Below, one piece after another: positions 39,901-47,670 of a DNA stretch of 64,000 nucleotides. The notes below the pieces were generated by a model. That model worked only from the letters and a program-made list of their open reading frames with translations. It searched no databases and was not told the DNA's origin. Origin of the DNA: an uncultured Gammaproteobacteria bacterium. Lineage in GTDB: Bacteria; Patescibacteriota; Patescibacteriia; Magasanikbacterales; UBA922. Within the stretch, counting starts at the first letter, position 1. The number at the start of each line of letters is the position of its first letter. Made by a program: the position numbers and the translations under genes. Location of the stretch: positions 428,585-492,584 of the forward strand of contig CAYMVY010000001.1 of assembly GCA_964394405.1 (NCBI GenBank), in the 5' to 3' direction.

Positions 39901-40289
39901 CCTTTACATCCACGCGCCCATATATGCTCTGGATTGATGGAGCATCTGTCACGATTTCCAATTCTGAATTAATAGATTCCCGGCGTCCAGGTGGAATTAT
40001 GGTTGTGAGAAACGGGAACGTAGTAGTACGAGATTCTGAGTTAGGGTGGTACACAAATTATAATAAATTATCTAGCTGGAAAGAGTATGGAATTGTAGGA
40101 ACTACTCAATCAAAAATTCATATTGAAAACCTAGATTTTCGAAAAATGGATTATGTTATAGAACTTAGTCAGGGGGCTACGACGACCTATGCTCGTATGA
40201 GCAAAGACAATTTTATTGAGCTATATAAACCTGAATTAAATCAGAAAAATTGGTTTCCACAGAATATGTTTCCATTTCAGTTGTGGTGA
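36945..40289 (+). CDS. giant secreted protein: N-terminal M23 (LytM-type) peptidase + lamin-tail domain (LTD) + long parallel beta-helix-like repeats
   Basis: 1114 aa. Signal peptide. M23 motifs (HxAxD...GECGTSGADNVHLHFEV). LTD signature (EIAWSGSSG...EWIELYNTS...NWVL). C-terminal Gly/Ser/Thr/Asn-rich beta-helix-like repeats. Confidence 0.75.
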   Translation: MKRRGLRVFWYIIFCAVLSCGGKSISVAANNTDQFLQLPIASSIKVLQGWIYTMPVNGNLNHGAMDYDCEPGESIFAASDGIAMSSRQVSAVSGFGYGNFVFIKHDNEYATLYGHLHKPSEKIIVYPSNQKSNTHYSEWVRVQKGDYIGECGTSGADNVHLHFEVTTGKYAVGRVDSYDLYKTKQFYPPNASYTALGEKHLWMSDPPQYLETKIVENQVNEMVTEKKSILDTIKDWFAPREVISPESKERDTLVTEELDLSFVDKKISLRAHPTENMHVIVQAKNIGSRVWKKQEISLNVIGGREANSIFRHPTWVTDLRPALLDNTEVKPGEIGTFSVRIKSLSEGSYTVRLMAVEVGTWKQIGAESIEISIGISEEPQETIGETPTSTSKTEKGNPFEGIVRGIKEFTETVVDKVVDVIKSVPRFLGGGGGGYSSSNEHSQSVVENPVADPIVIEEQNVAEENTEVESVPEIQKEVILNEIAWSGSSGACSDHEWIELYNTSSTEQSLENWVLDIHTIDSTSTVMLTGSIGGNGYYLISHAGVFPPSTIPDLVILPNVQIPDNGARLVLKNQDGEIVDEIDQREGWLGGDTGRFPRTLERASSHLLDGVNTRWETSDSVRYGVASGVCGQITGSPGMANEGYAYVSDNTLGFYTDQAGEIVLSSEENPYLFSTFSIPQGEKVSISRGTVFAGISSDARIDVGGELVVQGSESEPVIITSRNDTEYITSTSLWNNLFTGQTPQAGDWQHITIHSEGKLTITHAQIRYGGNRYGASIACLACARSQVISNHGGSILLSHVEISNGYESGSSGKPDSLIYSDGGSVVLDQLHLHHGKRALHSEGNAEISTRSLTMHDFDLTDKVVFFQDRMPTVWEDIIFGENSPTYAYSPALVVTSSYIFSTGTQFQFSTVSVSRGATLTINEGNLYATEIKIHGNLNMQGGATKNEISGGPSSSSVFSYILFSPSSTGVLSQVRLRGGGYSSANPFTSTRPYMLWIDGASVTISNSELIDSRRPGGIMVVRNGNVVVRDSELGWYTNYNKLSSWKEYGIVGTTQSKIHIENLDFRKMDYVIELSQGATTTYARMSKDNFIELYKPELNQKNWFPQNMFPFQLW

Positions 40290-40307
40290 AGATTGATACA
40301 ATCAAAA

Positions 40308-40380
40308 AAACCGTTCGCTATTCCTCCATACATGTTTCCAAAATATGTTAGAAACATATGTGGTGTGCGAACGGTTTTTT
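40308..40380. terminator. long bidirectional terminator hairpin between convergent genes
   Basis: aaaaaaccgttcgc ... gcgaacggtttttt with an inner palindrome acatgtttc...gaaacatatgt. Confidence 0.5.
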
Positions 40381-40445
40381 GTTACGCAGACCACGCTCAT
40401 GTGGGGGTCCGCGAATAGAAATCATGTCTCCTCCAGTATTGTTGA

Positions 40446-41135
40446 TCAGCCGATCTGCATGGCGATGAGGGCCTTGGCACGCTGTCGGTCGACGAACTGC
40501 TTGCCGTGTCCGATCTCGGTGTTGACGGGGACACCATCCTTGCAGAATGGACACTCATCCTCGGTCCAGTTGTTGAGGTCGAGATCGTAGAGTGTCGCGA
40601 GGAAGGGCACGCCGAGTGTATCAGCGGTGACCTTGCTCATGCTCCGATTCACGATCGCAGCGACACCGAGGACCGTGCCACCGAGGGCGCGCACTGCATC
40701 GATGACTTTCTTGACCGACTGCCCAGTCGTGATGACGTCTTCTGCCACGAGAACGTCGTTGCCAGAGACGAGGGACTGGTAGCCGCGATTGAACACGAAC
40801 GACCCATCTGCCGTCTTCTCAGCGAAGACGGAATGAATCGGGAGATTCGTGCGGATGTACTGGCGCAGGTGAAACCCGAGCCAGGGGGAGAGGATCGCTC
40901 CTCCCATGGCAGGGCCGAGCACGACCTGGGGAACCTGCTTCAGTTGGGTGGTTGTGGCGAGGTGTCTGATGCACTCCTCGGAGAGCGCCTGACCCATGAG
41001 AGTCAGGAGGTCTGGCCTGGTGAAGAGTTTGTTCTTATCGACGTAGATGTCACCATGGCCACCCGCCGCATAGACGAAGTGTCCGGTGGTGATGGCGCCG
41101 ATCGCCTGGATTCTCTCTTGAGCACTCTGTCTCAT
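40446..41135 (-). CDS. type I phosphoribosyltransferase, orotate-PRTase-like (high-GC cassette)
   Basis: 229 aa. PRPP-binding VLVAEDVITTGQS. C-terminal WTEDECPFCKDGVP resembles PyrE-like proteins of high-GC lineages. GC-rich codons. Confidence 0.7.
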   Translation of the reverse strand: MRQSAQERIQAIGAITTGHFVYAAGGHGDIYVDKNKLFTRPDLLTLMGQALSEECIRHLATTTQLKQVPQVVLGPAMGGAILSPWLGFHLRQYIRTNLPIHSVFAEKTADGSFVFNRGYQSLVSGNDVLVAEDVITTGQSVKKVIDAVRALGGTVLGVAAIVNRSMSKVTADTLGVPFLATLYDLDLNNWTEDECPFCKDGVPVNTEIGHGKQFVDRQRAKALIAMQIG

Positions 41136-41269
41136 GTGTATCTCCCTATTGTGTGTGGAGGCATGGATGCCCGCCTTCTATATACGTTATTTTGTACTAT
41201 TCGTCAATATATATACCAGCTATGGTATACGTTTTTAGTTATAAATTAGCCAAATTTACTCAGTTAGGA

Positions 41270-41298
41270 TTGACATTTCTATAAAAATATGCTACACT
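41270..41298 (+). promoter_or_regulatory. consensus sigma70 promoter TTGACA-N17-(TGc)TACACT
   Basis: ttgaca 41270-41275, tacact 41293-41298. AAGGGGG RBS precedes ATG 41366. Confidence 0.5.
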
Positions 41299-41365
41299 GT
41301 TCCGTTCTAAGTAGCTGGGCAACGAGCCTTCCTACCTCTAGGACATCAACCTTAAGGGGGTGTTC

Positions 41366-41731
41366 ATGACTGCACTGAAGGCGAAGACCTATTTCGTTCC
41401 GTTCGCCATCTCGCACTATCTCGAGTTCTACGAGCGCGTGTTTGCGGGTCAGATGATCCGCGTCTACATCTACAGCCTCGGACTTCGCTGGGTGCTCCCG
41501 AGAGAGCCCAGGAACAACGAGAAGGAGAAGAAGCTCGAGTTCGAGTTCCAACTCGTTCCCGAGCCCGGAGAGACGACCCGAGCTCGGAACCGGTGGTTCG
41601 AGGGCGAGTTCCTGTGGGAGACCTGTGACGGTTTCCTGAAGGTGGAAGCCGAGCTACTCCGCCCTCTCGGGAAGGTCGAGCTCGCTCCGTGGATCGCCAA
41701 AGAGGCGACCGTGGAGCACAGACACGTCTGA
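41366..41731 (+). CDS. hypothetical protein, high-GC cassette ORF C (121 aa from MTALKAK)
   Basis: GC3-saturated codons (AAG GCG AAG ACC TAT TTC GTT CCG ...). No family recognised. Confidence 0.55.
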   Translation: MTALKAKTYFVPFAISHYLEFYERVFAGQMIRVYIYSLGLRWVLPREPRNNEKEKKLEFEFQLVPEPGETTRARNRWFEGEFLWETCDGFLKVEAELLRPLGKVELAPWIAKEATVEHRHV

Positions 41732-41809
41732 GAGCTCCAGCTCTCTCTGACCCGACGCGTGCGACATTGTCCCTGGACAATCGATCGCACACGCGTCGGG
41801 GACAATCTA

Positions 41810-41846
41810 CCCCGCCTTTCGCGAAAGGCGGGGTTTTTGTTTTTTC
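41810..41846 (+). terminator. rho-independent terminator after ORF C (preceded by a ~50-nt palindrome cgacgcgtgcga...tcgcacacgcgtcg)
   Basis: ccccgcctttcgcgaaaggcggggtttttgtttttt. Confidence 0.6.
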
Positions 41847-41954
41847 AAATAAAAAATCCTTTATTTCAAGGATGCTATATGTATCTGGAATGTGGGACAC
41901 GGTGCAACACACAGCACTCTCGAGCGAGCGTGTGGGTTGCACCGTGGTACGGCG

Positions 41955-42297
41955 TCAGTGGCTCGGGGTAGAGGAATTCGAACCTTTCCTGCTCCACACG
42001 ATGTTGTGGTACCCGGTGCAGTATCCGTGGCAGACCACCCTCGGCCCGCCTACCCTAGGTTGGGCGCTGGCCTTTTTGTGGTACACCACCTCACCCGTGA
42101 GCGCACCAGGACAGAGCTCCCAATCGGGATGGTAGGTCCCGTCGGGAGAAATCGTGGCGAGACCAGAGATGGTGCGTCCGTTCTCCTGGAAGAGAACTGC
42201 ATTGTGCAGACCCTCCCTGAAGTGGCCAGTGATCATGAGATGGTCGTCCTTTCCGGCGACACTAGTCTCGGGCTGGATCATGAACTTGTTTGTCATG
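41955..42297 (-). CDS. hypothetical protein, high-GC cassette ORF D (start at MTNKF inferred from codon-usage break)
   Basis: From MTNKF downstream the codons are C/G-ending, while the upstream 36 codons of the ORF-track ORF are AT-rich. Competing + strand ORF 41892..42410 is Arg/Ser-rich, suggesting antisense artefact. Confidence 0.4.
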
Positions 42298-42461
42298 TTG
42301 ACGGTATCCCTCCTATGTGTGTTTCCGCCTCCCAGACGGATGTTGAGCTGATAACCTTGGGCAAGGTCAGGGAGATAAAAACGACAACTAGTATCGTCTC
42401 TACTCACTGATCTGTTATATACCAGGAAACATGAACGCCCTCCACAAGGAGGGCGTAATAA

Positions 42462-42537
42462 TGGTGACCCCGGTGGGGATCGAACCCACGACCATTGGCT
42501 TAAAAGGCCACTGCTCTACCAGCTGAGCTACAGGGTC
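42462..42537 (-). tRNA. tRNA-Lys (anticodon TTT), CCA encoded
   Basis: Reverse complement GACCCTGTAGCTCAGCTGGTAGAGCAGTGGCCTTTTAAGCCAATGGTCGTGGGTTCGATCCCCACCGGGGTCACCA. Followed (3') by hairpin cgccctcc-acaa-ggagggcg. Confidence 0.85.
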
Positions 42538-42581
42538 ATTAAATTGGTTTGTCACTTACTCTTCTATTATAAGTCGATAAG

Positions 42582-42634
42582 ACCAGCTGCCCGCCCGCCG
42601 AAGCTTTAGCGTAGGCGGGAGCTACAGGGTCATT
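42582..42634 (-). other. partial copy of tRNA-Lys 5' end (13+7 nt) interrupted at the D-loop by a 30-nt GC-rich hairpin insert
   Basis: Minus strand AAT-GACCCTGTAGCTC-[CCGCCTACGCTAAAGCTTCGGCGGGCGGGC]-AGCTGGT-cttatcg versus tRNA AAT-GACCCTGTAGCTC-AGCTGGT-agagcag. Confidence 0.5.
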
Positions 42635-42893
42635 TGTAATGAGTCAATGACGAATATACTAACCTAAGAATATAAAAAAGTCAAGCAAACTATAGCATAA
42701 AAAAGGAAAGTATAGTGAAGCTTCGAATTTTTGTTGTGAGAATGAAAATTGTATCAGTTCTGGCTACGAGAGGGGTGTCTCATTGTAGTTTGGGTAAGTG
42801 AGCATATATCAGTTCTATGTTTGGAATTTTGTGTGTCATGTACGTGAGTATGTTGCTCGTTTTTCTTTTTCACGATACACTATAGACATAGTA

Positions 42894-44339
42894 TATATGT
42901 CAAAACAGGTAAAACAAACCAAAATAGTTGCAACAATCGGTCCATCATGTGAGTCAGTAAAAACTCTCGAACGCATGGTGCATGCAGGGATGAATGTTGC
43001 ACGATTGAATTTTTCACACGGCACACATGAAAATCATGCGCTTCTTATTGAGCGTATTCGAGAAGTTGAAAAAAAGACGCATGAGCCAGTAGCAATATTG
43101 CAGGATCTTCAGGGACCAAAATTACGATTGGGTGAAATAGAAAAAAAGGGTATCGAACTGATCAAAGATACTGAAGTTGTATTTACTCATCGTCCCGAGA
43201 CTTCTCTCGAAATACCACTGGGTTACGAACGATTATACGAATATGTAAAACCAGGAGAACGAATGTTATTGGATGATGGTCGTCTCGAAGTAAAAATAAT
43301 AAGAGTCGAACAAGAAAAAATAATTGCACATGTCATTGTCGGAGGTGTGTTGATGTCGCACAAGGGGATTAATGTACCTGATTCTAATTTGAAAGGATTG
43401 AAAGTATTGACTGAAAAAGATCGAGAGGATTTGAAATTTGGAGTTGAACACGGTATTGATTTTGTTGCCATGTCTTTTGTCATGGATCCGCAAGACATTC
43501 TTGATGTAAAATTTTTTATCAAACAGATCGAGCAGGGAATTGGAGAGACAAGACTTGACCCAATTCGCATTATTGCAAAAATTGAAAAACACGAAGCCGT
43601 TCAGAAGATTGAAAAAATTATTGAAGTGGCGGATGGAATTATGATTGCGCGAGGTGATCTAGGAATTGAAATTCCAGCTGAAAAAGTGCCTTTGATTCAA
43701 AAGAAAATTATTGATCTAGCGCGCACGCATGCAAAGCCAGTTATTGTCGCAACACAAATGCTTGACTCTATGCAGCATAGCCCGCGTCCTACACGTGCCG
43801 AAGTCTCTGATGTGTCAAATGCGGTAATCGATCATACAGATGCAGTCATGCTTTCCAATGAGACTGCAAGCGGTGAATACCCAGTCGAGACTGTCGAGAC
43901 TATGAAATCAATTATTCTGTCAACCGAAGATTCTGTGTATGACGACGTATTAGCTAGAGAAACGAGGTCTAAGGTTAAAAGCATTGATACTACAATCAGT
44001 AGTCTTTCAAAAATTGTTGCAGAAGAAGTGGATGCTCAATTAATTCTCGCGGCGTCTCTATCAGGAGACACAGGGCGACTCATTTCACAGTACAGACCTG
44101 AGCTGCAAATCGCAGTTGCAACAAGCTCGGTGAGGGTCTGTCGTCAACTCAATTTGTCATGGGGCGTGCGACCATTTATTCTCGGGGAATGTAAGACGAT
44201 TGAGGAATTGATCGAGCGTTCAATTCTCGAACTTAAGAATAAAAAATTTATTTCATCAGGAGATCGATTGATTATCGTAGCAGGAGAACCAGTGGGCCAG
44301 GCAGGCCATGTAAATTTGCTTGAAGTGAGAGAAGTCTAA
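42894..44339 (+). CDS. pyk: pyruvate kinase
   Basis: Start at MSKQVKQTKIVATIGP. The ORF-track N-terminal extension is AT-rich and non-conserved. NFSHG and MIARGDLG motifs. Confidence 0.9.
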   Translation, partial: YMSKQVKQTKIVATIGPSCESVKTLERMVHAGMNVARLNFSHGTHENHALLIERIREVEKKTHEPVAILQDLQGPKLRLGEIEKKGIELIKDTEVVFTHRPETSLEIPLGYERLYEYVKPGERMLLDDGRLEVKIIRVEQEKIIAHVIVGGVLMSHKGINVPDSNLKGLKVLTEKDREDLKFGVEHGIDFVAMSFVMDPQDILDVKFFIKQIEQGIGETRLDPIRIIAKIEKHEAVQKIEKIIEVADGIMIARGDLGIEIPAEKVPLIQKKIIDLARTHAKPVIVATQMLDSMQHSPRPTRAEVSDVSNAVIDHTDAVMLSNETASGEYPVETVETMKSIILSTEDSVYDDVLARETRSKVKSIDTTISSLSKIVAEEVDAQLILAASLSGDTGRLISQYRPELQIAVATSSVRVCRQLNLSWGVRPFILGECKTIEELIERSILELKNKKFISSGDRLIIVAGEPVGQAGHVNLLEVREV

Positions 44340-44431
44340 AGAGAGAGGTTCGGGTAGTTGTAAGCGTACTATCTAATGATGTTACAATAATTTAGAAGTT
44401 TTGTGCATTGTATGTTATACTTCTATCACTT

Positions 44432-47400
44432 ATGAAAGTGAACGGAAGAAAAAAAATAGAAAAAAATAAGAGTGCGAGAGAAAGTGCGCATATTTTGTGG
44501 TTTGATGAAATTCATATTACTGATATTCCACTAGTCGGGGGAAAAAATGCGTCTCTCGGGGAAATGTACACCGGACTTCAGAGTAAAGGGATTTCTGTTC
44601 CAAATGGTTTTGCGATTACTGCTCGTGCATATTGGGATTTTTTTCAGGCACATGAACTCTCAAAGGCGATCAAGCGCGAGCTCAAAGGGTTGAATGTACT
44701 TGATATGCGTTCGCTCAGTAGCGCAGGAAAGCGAGTGCGCAGCCTAATCCTCAATGCGGAATTTCCACAAGATCTACAAAATGAAATTTTTGAGGCATAT
44801 CAGACTCTTCAGAAAAAAGAGGGTGTAAAAGCTCTATCAGTCGCAGTCCGCTCGAGTGCAACAGCAGAGGATCTGCCTGACGCATCGTTTGCAGGTCAGC
44901 AAGAAACCTATCTCAATGTACAAGGAAAAAAAGAATTACTGTTTGCAGTAAAAAAATGTATTGCCTCGTTGTTCACTGATCGCGCAATCTCATATCGTGA
45001 AACCAAAGGGTTTGATCACCTCGCAGTGGCGCTCTCGGTCACGGTACAGACCATGGTTAGATCAGACCTCGGCACTTCTGGGGTTATGTTTACCATTGAT
45101 ACTGAATCTGGATTTCCTGGGGTAGTATTGATTAATGCATCATATGGGCTCGGGGAATATGTGGTCAAAGGACGCGTTACCCCGGACCAATTTTACGTGT
45201 TCAAAGAAGGAATAAAGAAAGGAAAGAAAGCGATTATTAGTAAAATTGTAGGATCAAAAGAAGTAAAGTTGATATATGGAAATTCTGGCACTACGCAGAA
45301 AATAGTCCCGGCAAAAGAGCGGCGTACTATCTGTATTTCTGATGAGGATGTACTTACCCTCGCCAAGTGGGGCATGGAAATTGAAAAATTTTATAACAAA
45401 TCTCAGGATATTGAATGGGCAAAAGACGGGGCTACGGGAAAACTCTATATTGTGCAAGCTCGTCCCGAGACTGTGAAGTCGCAAGCAGATCATTCGATTA
45501 TTGAATCATATGAGTTGAAAGAGAAAGGAACTATTGTTGCTCGGGGAATTTCTATTGGGCAAAAAATAGGTGCCGGAGCTGTCCGAGTGATCAATGATCC
45601 TCGTGACATGAAATTATTTAAAAAAGGTGAAGTACTCGTGACGCGTATCACCGACCCTGATTGGGAGCCGATTATGCGGCTTGCATCAGCAATCGTGACT
45701 GAGCAGGGAGGGAAGACTAGTCATGCGGCAATTGTATCTCGAGAATTGGGTGTACCCTGTGTAGTCGGCTGTAGACAAGCGCGAACAGTTATTAAAACCG
45801 GACACAAAGTCACAGTATCCTGCGCAGATGGTGAGGAAGGGCATATTTATAAGGGCATTCTTCCTTTTGAAGTAAAAAAGACTCAAATAAAAACTACAGC
45901 AAAGACAAAAACGAAAATAATGATGAATCTAGGTGATCCTGATCATGCATTCTCTTTGTCGTACTTACCGAATGATGGTGTAGGTCTTGCACGTGAAGAA
46001 TTTATTTTTTCCAACTTCATTCGCATTCATCCGCTTGCATTACTTAATTACGCAAAACTTACAGATAAAAAAGTAAAAAGAAAAATTGCTGATCTTACGA
46101 TAGGTTATACTGACAAGCGCCAATATGGTGTAGATAAACTTGCAGACGGCATCGCGCGGATTGCTGCAGCTTTTTATCCACGAGACGTGATTGTACGACT
46201 CTCTGATTTCAAGACCAATGAGTATGCGACCTTGATTGGAGGGCATGAATTTGAGCCCAAAGAAGAGAATCCTATGCTTGGGTGGCGGGGTGCTTCACGG
46301 TATTATTCCAAAGAGTACAAAGCAGCATTTGGAATTGAATGTGAGGCTTTGAAAAAAGTGAGAAATGACTGGGGACTTGATAATGTGATTGTCATGGTTC
46401 CATTTTGTCGCACGCCCGAAGAAGGAAAACAAGTATTAGAAACCATGTCATCTTTTGGACTCAAGCAAGGGGAGAATAAACTCAAGGTCTATGTCATGTG
46501 CGAAATTCCTTCAAATGTGATTCTTGCTGAAGAATTTGCGAAAATTTTTGATGGATTTAGTATTGGATCAAATGATCTGACTCAATTAACACTCGGTGTT
46601 GATCGTGATTCCGCGTTGGTAAGTCATGTATATGATGAGAAAAATACAGCAGTCACCACACTGATCAGGCAAGTTATCAAGGTTGCGCATAAGTATAAGA
46701 GGAAGATTGGAATTTGCGGACAGGCACCAAGTGATTATCCAGAATTCGCGGAGTTTTTGGTACGCGAGGGGATTGATAGTATTTCTCTCAATCCTGATAC
46801 GGTATTATCTACTCGGGAACGTATTGCGAAGACAGAAAAACATGTGGGAAAAAATCCAGGAAAAACCAATCATACATTTTTGGCGCTCATCGGTGTGTTG
46901 GGAGTTCTAGCTGGTAGTATGATTCTTCTTGGTGGAGGATGTAGAGCGCTTGCACCAGAGTCCGAGGGAGGAGCACAGGTAGAAGATCTTACTCCTGCTC
47001 AGGTACGCACACGGGTGGAAGAAAAAAATAAAGCAGAGCTCGAGGCAAAACGCACTACATTGTCAGTCTCAACTCTTGCATCATTCAAGGTATCCTATCC
47101 TCAATTGTGGAAAATGAGAGAGCTGGGAGATAGAAGTGGATTTGTGTTTACCGGAGATAAAAAAGGAGAATCAGTACAAATTATAAAGCAGAAAAAAGTA
47201 CCTGCTGTGGTTGTTGGGGGTGTAGCGAGCGGTGGTCAGGTAAACACACAAACGGGAAGCGGCACGAATTCAGTAGTGCCATCTGAAATTGTGGTCAATG
47301 GACAGACACTGAATATTGAGCAGACACAGAATGAGAGTGGAGTGACCACCTACTCAGTACATATTCCTTTAGACAACGAAGATGAAGAAGAATTATTGGT

Positions 47401-47572
47401 TTCAGGTACAGCACCTATTGAAGAGTTTGTTGACATTGTATCAAGTATTACCTTCACACCCCCAAGTCCTGAAATCGCTCCTCCGATGGAACTCACTCCA
47501 GAACAGGCAGGAGAAAACTGTATTTACGTGCTTTCAGAGACACAAGGCGAGACGACTATGCAGTGCTATTAA
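44432..47572 (+). CDS. ppsA: phosphoenolpyruvate synthase (pyruvate, water dikinase) with in-frame ~250-aa C-terminal extension containing a lipoprotein-like signal/TM segment
   Basis: VGGKNASLGEM, phosphohistidine domain (GGKTSHAAIVSRELGVPCVVG), C-terminal PEP-utilising TIM barrel ending ...ISLNPDTVLSTRERIAKTEK. The ORF then continues through KTNHTFLALIGVLGVLAGSMILLGGGC and about 230 more residues. Confidence 0.8.
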   Translation: MKVNGRKKIEKNKSARESAHILWFDEIHITDIPLVGGKNASLGEMYTGLQSKGISVPNGFAITARAYWDFFQAHELSKAIKRELKGLNVLDMRSLSSAGKRVRSLILNAEFPQDLQNEIFEAYQTLQKKEGVKALSVAVRSSATAEDLPDASFAGQQETYLNVQGKKELLFAVKKCIASLFTDRAISYRETKGFDHLAVALSVTVQTMVRSDLGTSGVMFTIDTESGFPGVVLINASYGLGEYVVKGRVTPDQFYVFKEGIKKGKKAIISKIVGSKEVKLIYGNSGTTQKIVPAKERRTICISDEDVLTLAKWGMEIEKFYNKSQDIEWAKDGATGKLYIVQARPETVKSQADHSIIESYELKEKGTIVARGISIGQKIGAGAVRVINDPRDMKLFKKGEVLVTRITDPDWEPIMRLASAIVTEQGGKTSHAAIVSRELGVPCVVGCRQARTVIKTGHKVTVSCADGEEGHIYKGILPFEVKKTQIKTTAKTKTKIMMNLGDPDHAFSLSYLPNDGVGLAREEFIFSNFIRIHPLALLNYAKLTDKKVKRKIADLTIGYTDKRQYGVDKLADGIARIAAAFYPRDVIVRLSDFKTNEYATLIGGHEFEPKEENPMLGWRGASRYYSKEYKAAFGIECEALKKVRNDWGLDNVIVMVPFCRTPEEGKQVLETMSSFGLKQGENKLKVYVMCEIPSNVILAEEFAKIFDGFSIGSNDLTQLTLGVDRDSALVSHVYDEKNTAVTTLIRQVIKVAHKYKRKIGICGQAPSDYPEFAEFLVREGIDSISLNPDTVLSTRERIAKTEKHVGKNPGKTNHTFLALIGVLGVLAGSMILLGGGCRALAPESEGGAQVEDLTPAQVRTRVEEKNKAELEAKRTTLSVSTLASFKVSYPQLWKMRELGDRSGFVFTGDKKGESVQIIKQKKVPAVVVGGVASGGQVNTQTGSGTNSVVPSEIVVNGQTLNIEQTQNESGVTTYSVHIPLDNEDEEELLVSGTAPIEEFVDIVSSITFTPPSPEIAPPMELTPEQAGENCIYVLSETQGETTMQCY

Positions 47573-47627
47573 CGATAGAGTTTGTAAGCAGAGTATAAAA
47601 AATTCCGCATGAACTGCGGTTTTTTGA

Positions 47628-47656
47628 TTGAAAAAAACACTAAAAAATGCTACTCT
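47628..47656 (+). promoter_or_regulatory. promoter TTGAAA-N17-(TGc)TACTCT
   Basis: Follows terminator aaaaaattccgcatgaactgcggtttttt (47603-47632). Confidence 0.4.
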
Positions 47657-47670
47657 ACAGAGAGTAGTCT

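Noticed and set aside
40300-40400. att-like direct repeat of the tRNA-Lys 3' end at the distal border of the 40.4-42.4 kb GC-rich cassette
   Set aside because: Only a weak resemblance (gtgggggtccgcgaa vs gtggggatcgaacc) was found by eye. This is not convincing without a computed alignment, so the block is not called an integrase-type island.
41364-42410. ORF-track ORFs 41364..41942 (-, 192 aa) and 41892..42410 (+, 172 aa) and other Arg/Ser/Pro-rich ORFs inside the GC-rich cassettes (e.g. 11390..11635, 11451..11690, 63605..63952, 63664..63921)
   Set aside because: These are typical antisense or off-frame artefacts of high-GC DNA (R/S/P/G-rich, no codon bias). The frames with GC3-saturated codon usage were taken as real instead.
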